Shown here: in pieces, positions 8,216 through 10,237 of the stretch | How positions within the stretch are numbered: position 1 is the first letter of the stretch | Layout: each line of letters starts with the position of its first letter | NCBI GenBank assembly: GCA_046598045.1 | Contig: JBKJJJ010000086.1 | Location: 1-10,237 of the forward strand | Length of the DNA stretch: 10,237 nucleotides | Source: Candidatus Eiseniibacteriota bacterium | GTDB lineage: Bacteria; Eisenbacteria; RBG-16-71-46; DASYSL01 | Direction: 5' to 3' | The notes under the pieces: model-generated | What the model was told of the DNA's origin: nothing | The model's input: the letters and a program-made list of their open reading frames with translations, nothing else | The model's database searches: none | Position numbers and translations under genes: made by a program

Positions 8216-9437
8216 GACCAGCAGCGCGCGGGGCCCGGACGCGAGTGGCCACTTCGGCCGGTTCGGCGGGCGCTTCGCGCCCGAGACCCTGATGACCCCG
8301 CTCGCCGAGCTCGAGGCGGCGTACCGTGCCGCGCAGGCGGATCCCGCCTTCGCGAGCGAGCTCGACCACCTGCGCCGGACGTTCTGCGGGCGGCCAACCC
8401 CGCTCTACCGCGCGCGCCGCTTCGAGGCCGAACTCGGCGACCGGATCACCGTCTATCTCAAGCGCGAGGACCTGCTGCATACCGGCGCCCACAAGATCAA
8501 CAACACGGTCGGGCAGGGACTGCTCGCACTGCGCATGGGCAAGCGGCGCGTCATCGCCGAGACCGGCGCCGGGCAACACGGCGTCGCGACCGCCGCGGCC
8601 GCGGCGCACTTCGGGCTGACCTGCGTCGTGTACATGGGCGAGGAGGACATGCGCCGCCAGCACCTCAACGTCCAGCGCATGAAGCTGCTCGGCGCCGAGG
8701 TGCGCGGCGTGGCCTCGGGCCAGAAGACGCTCAAGGACGCGATCAACGAGGCCATGCGCGACTGGGTGACGAACGTCGCCGACACGCATTACATCCTCGG
8801 CTCGGTCCTCGGGCCGCACCCGTTCCCCTTGATGGTGCGCGATTTCCACTCGGTGATCGGGCGCGAGGCGCGCGCGCAGTTCGAGGCGCTCGAGGGCGCG
8901 GGCACCGTGCCTGATCTGCTGGTCGCCTGCGTGGGTGGCGGCTCGAACGCGATCGGGCTGTTCAGCGACTTTGTCGGCGATGCGCGCGTGCGGCTGGTCG
9001 GCGTCGAGGCGGGGGGGCGCGGGATCGCGACCGGCCGACACGCCGCGCGGCTCGCGTCGGACACCCCGACGGTCGGCGTGCTGCACGGCACCGAGACCTA
9101 CCTGCTGCAGGACGCGAACGGGCAGATTCGCGCCACCCACTCGGTGTCGGCCGGCCTCGACTACCCGGCGATCGGGCCCGAGCACGCGTGGCTCCACGAG
9201 CGCGGCCTCGCCTCCTACGAGAGCGTCACCGACGAGGAGGCGCTGGCCGCGTTCCGCAAGCTGTCGCGCCTCGAGGGCATCCTGCCCGCGCTCGAGACCG
9301 CCCATGCCCTGGCGTGGCTGGAGCGTGCGGCGCCCTCGTTGCCCGCGGGCACGCGCGTGGTGGTCAACCTGTCCGGCCGCGGCGACAAGGACGTCGAGGA
9401 GGTGCTGCGGGTCGAGCGCGAGGGGTTCGAACCCTAG
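8202..9437 (+). CDS. trpB: Tryptophan synthase beta chain (TrpB1 type)
   Basis: 14-nt overlap with trpF, with GGAGG upstream. Motifs [30 protein letters not shown] (PLP lysine), [44 protein letters not shown]. Confidence 0.98.
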   Translation: MAAPETSSARGPDASGHFGRFGGRFAPETLMTPLAELEAAYRAAQADPAFASELDHLRRTFCGRPTPLYRARRFEAELGDRITVYLKREDLLHTGAHKINNTVGQGLLALRMGKRRVIAETGAGQHGVATAAAAAHFGLTCVVYMGEEDMRRQHLNVQRMKLLGAEVRGVASGQKTLKDAINEAMRDWVTNVADTHYILGSVLGPHPFPLMVRDFHSVIGREARAQFEALEGAGTVPDLLVACVGGGSNAIGLFSDFVGDARVRLVGVEAGGRGIATGRHAARLASDTPTVGVLHGTETYLLQDANGQIRATHSVSAGLDYPAIGPEHAWLHERGLASYESVTDEEALAAFRKLSRLEGILPALETAHALAWLERAAPSLPAGTRVVVNLSGRGDKDVEEVLRVEREGFEP

Positions 9438-9646
9438 GCCCCGCGCCGACCGCTCACCAGCATCGCGATGCCGGCGATGATCGCGATCACGCCCACCGCA
9501 GGCGCGACCGGGAACGACTTGTGCTCGGTGGCGGTGGCCTTGATGTCGCCCACCTGGAACACGGTCTTCTGCCGGTTGTAGCCAATGCCGCCGTAGATCA
9601 GTACGACGACCCCGAGGATCACGAGTCCGAGCGCGAGAGGCTTCAT
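9434..9646 (-). CDS. Small two-transmembrane protein, 70 aa (resembles proteins often annotated DUF3185; from memory, not searched)
   Basis: Two hydrophobic segments ([17 protein letters not shown] and [16 protein letters not shown]) around a polar loop, with a basic C-terminus. AAAGG upstream of ATG 9646; starts 15 nt after the upstream gene's stop. Confidence 0.85.
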   Translation of the reverse strand: MKPLALGLVILGVVVLIYGGIGYNRQKTVFQVGDIKATATEHKSFPVAPAVGVIAIIAGIAMLVSGRRGA

Positions 9647-9661
9647 GGTTGGCCTTTCTTC

Positions 9662-10108
9662 CTACGGAATGGGCGCCACGCGTACGACCGCCCGGGGACG
9701 TTCCCCGTTCCGTTCGCCGCCGGCCACCGGGTAAGGCGTCAACTCCAGCAGTGTAATCCTTGAGCCGAGCGTGTCCACCGGGAGCTGCGCCGCCGCGTCG
9801 TCGCGCCCTGCGCCGCCGGACAGGACGGCAAGCACGCTGACGGTGTCGCGGCGCGACGGGTCGGGCACGAGCTGGAAGCGCGCGGTCGCCGTGCCCGCCC
9901 ACACGCAGGTCACCCCCCGCGGGCAGCGCGAGTCATTGACCACGTTCGCGAACACGATGCGCCCGCCGCTCGCCAGCCGGCCGGCCTGCCCCTGGTCGAG
10001 CGCGAAGATCTGCCCACGGCCGGCGCCCGGCGCGTGCGCGCACGAAGCGGTGGCCAGCGCGAGCGCGAGCGCGAGCACCCCCGCAACCCCTTCGCGCATT
10101 CGGTTCAT
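9662..10108 (-). CDS. Putative lipoprotein of unknown function with DSRCPxxxxCxWxG motif, 148 aa
   Basis: GGAGG 6 nt upstream of the ATG. Basic N-terminus, hydrophobic stretch and lipobox-like TASC. Motifs NDSRCPRGVTCVWAG and LTPYP. Confidence 0.85.
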   Translation of the reverse strand: MNRMREGVAGVLALALALATASCAHAPGAGRGQIFALDQGQAGRLASGGRIVFANVVNDSRCPRGVTCVWAGTATARFQLVPDPSRRDTVSVLAVLSGGAGRDDAAAQLPVDTLGSRITLLELTPYPVAGGERNGERPRAVVRVAPIP

Positions 10109-10236
10109 GGCGTGCCTCCGCCCGGCTGGGCCCCTGCCGGCGCCGGCGCCATGCCGGCCCCCCCCGGGATGCGCCGCATCGCCGCGCGCCGATAGAACGC
10201 GCGCAGGGAGTCGCGCGTGGCATCGCGCCCGTGGAA
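10105..10236 (-). CDS. 3' end of an unidentified gene entering from beyond the window (partial)
   Basis: Open minus-strand frame FHGRDATRDSLRAFYRRAAMRRIPGGAGMAPAPAGAQPGGGTP-stop. Its TGA overlaps the lipoprotein ATG (ATGA), as is typical of coupled genes. Not in the ORF track. Confidence 0.55.
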   Translation of the reverse strand, partial: FHGRDATRDSLRAFYRRAAMRRIPGGAGMAPAPAGAQPGGGTP

Positions 10237-10237
10237 C

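Noticed and set aside
10056..10076. Short (GCGAGC)n tandem repeat
   Set aside because: It just encodes LALALA in the signal peptide and is too short to call a contingency locus.
1..10237. CRISPR array, IS/integrase, rRNA or complete tRNA
   Set aside because: No spaced direct repeats, transposase or recombinase motifs, or cloverleaf found. Nearly all sequence is accounted for by protein-coding genes.

Overview
Very GC-rich bacterial chromosomal window. Left to right: the 5'-truncated DNA-repair gene recN (+); a convergent gene for a secreted metzincin-like protein (-) with QExxHxxGxxH in place of HExxHxxGxxH, with its own terminator hairpin and a structured upstream region; a DODA/YgiD-type (LigB superfamily) extradiol dioxygenase (+); and a tightly coupled tryptophan operon trpE-trpG-trpD-trpC-trpF-trpB (+). 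The operon ends without trpA: the trpB stop overlaps the stop of a convergent minus-strand cluster (small two-TM protein, DSRCPxxxxCxWxG lipoprotein, and the 3' end of a further gene). No rRNA, tRNA, CRISPR array or mobile element is supported. Most of the window is housekeeping and I cannot demonstrate a new system. The best leads are the trpA-less trp operon, the Gln-variant zinc motif, and two candidate regulatory elements.
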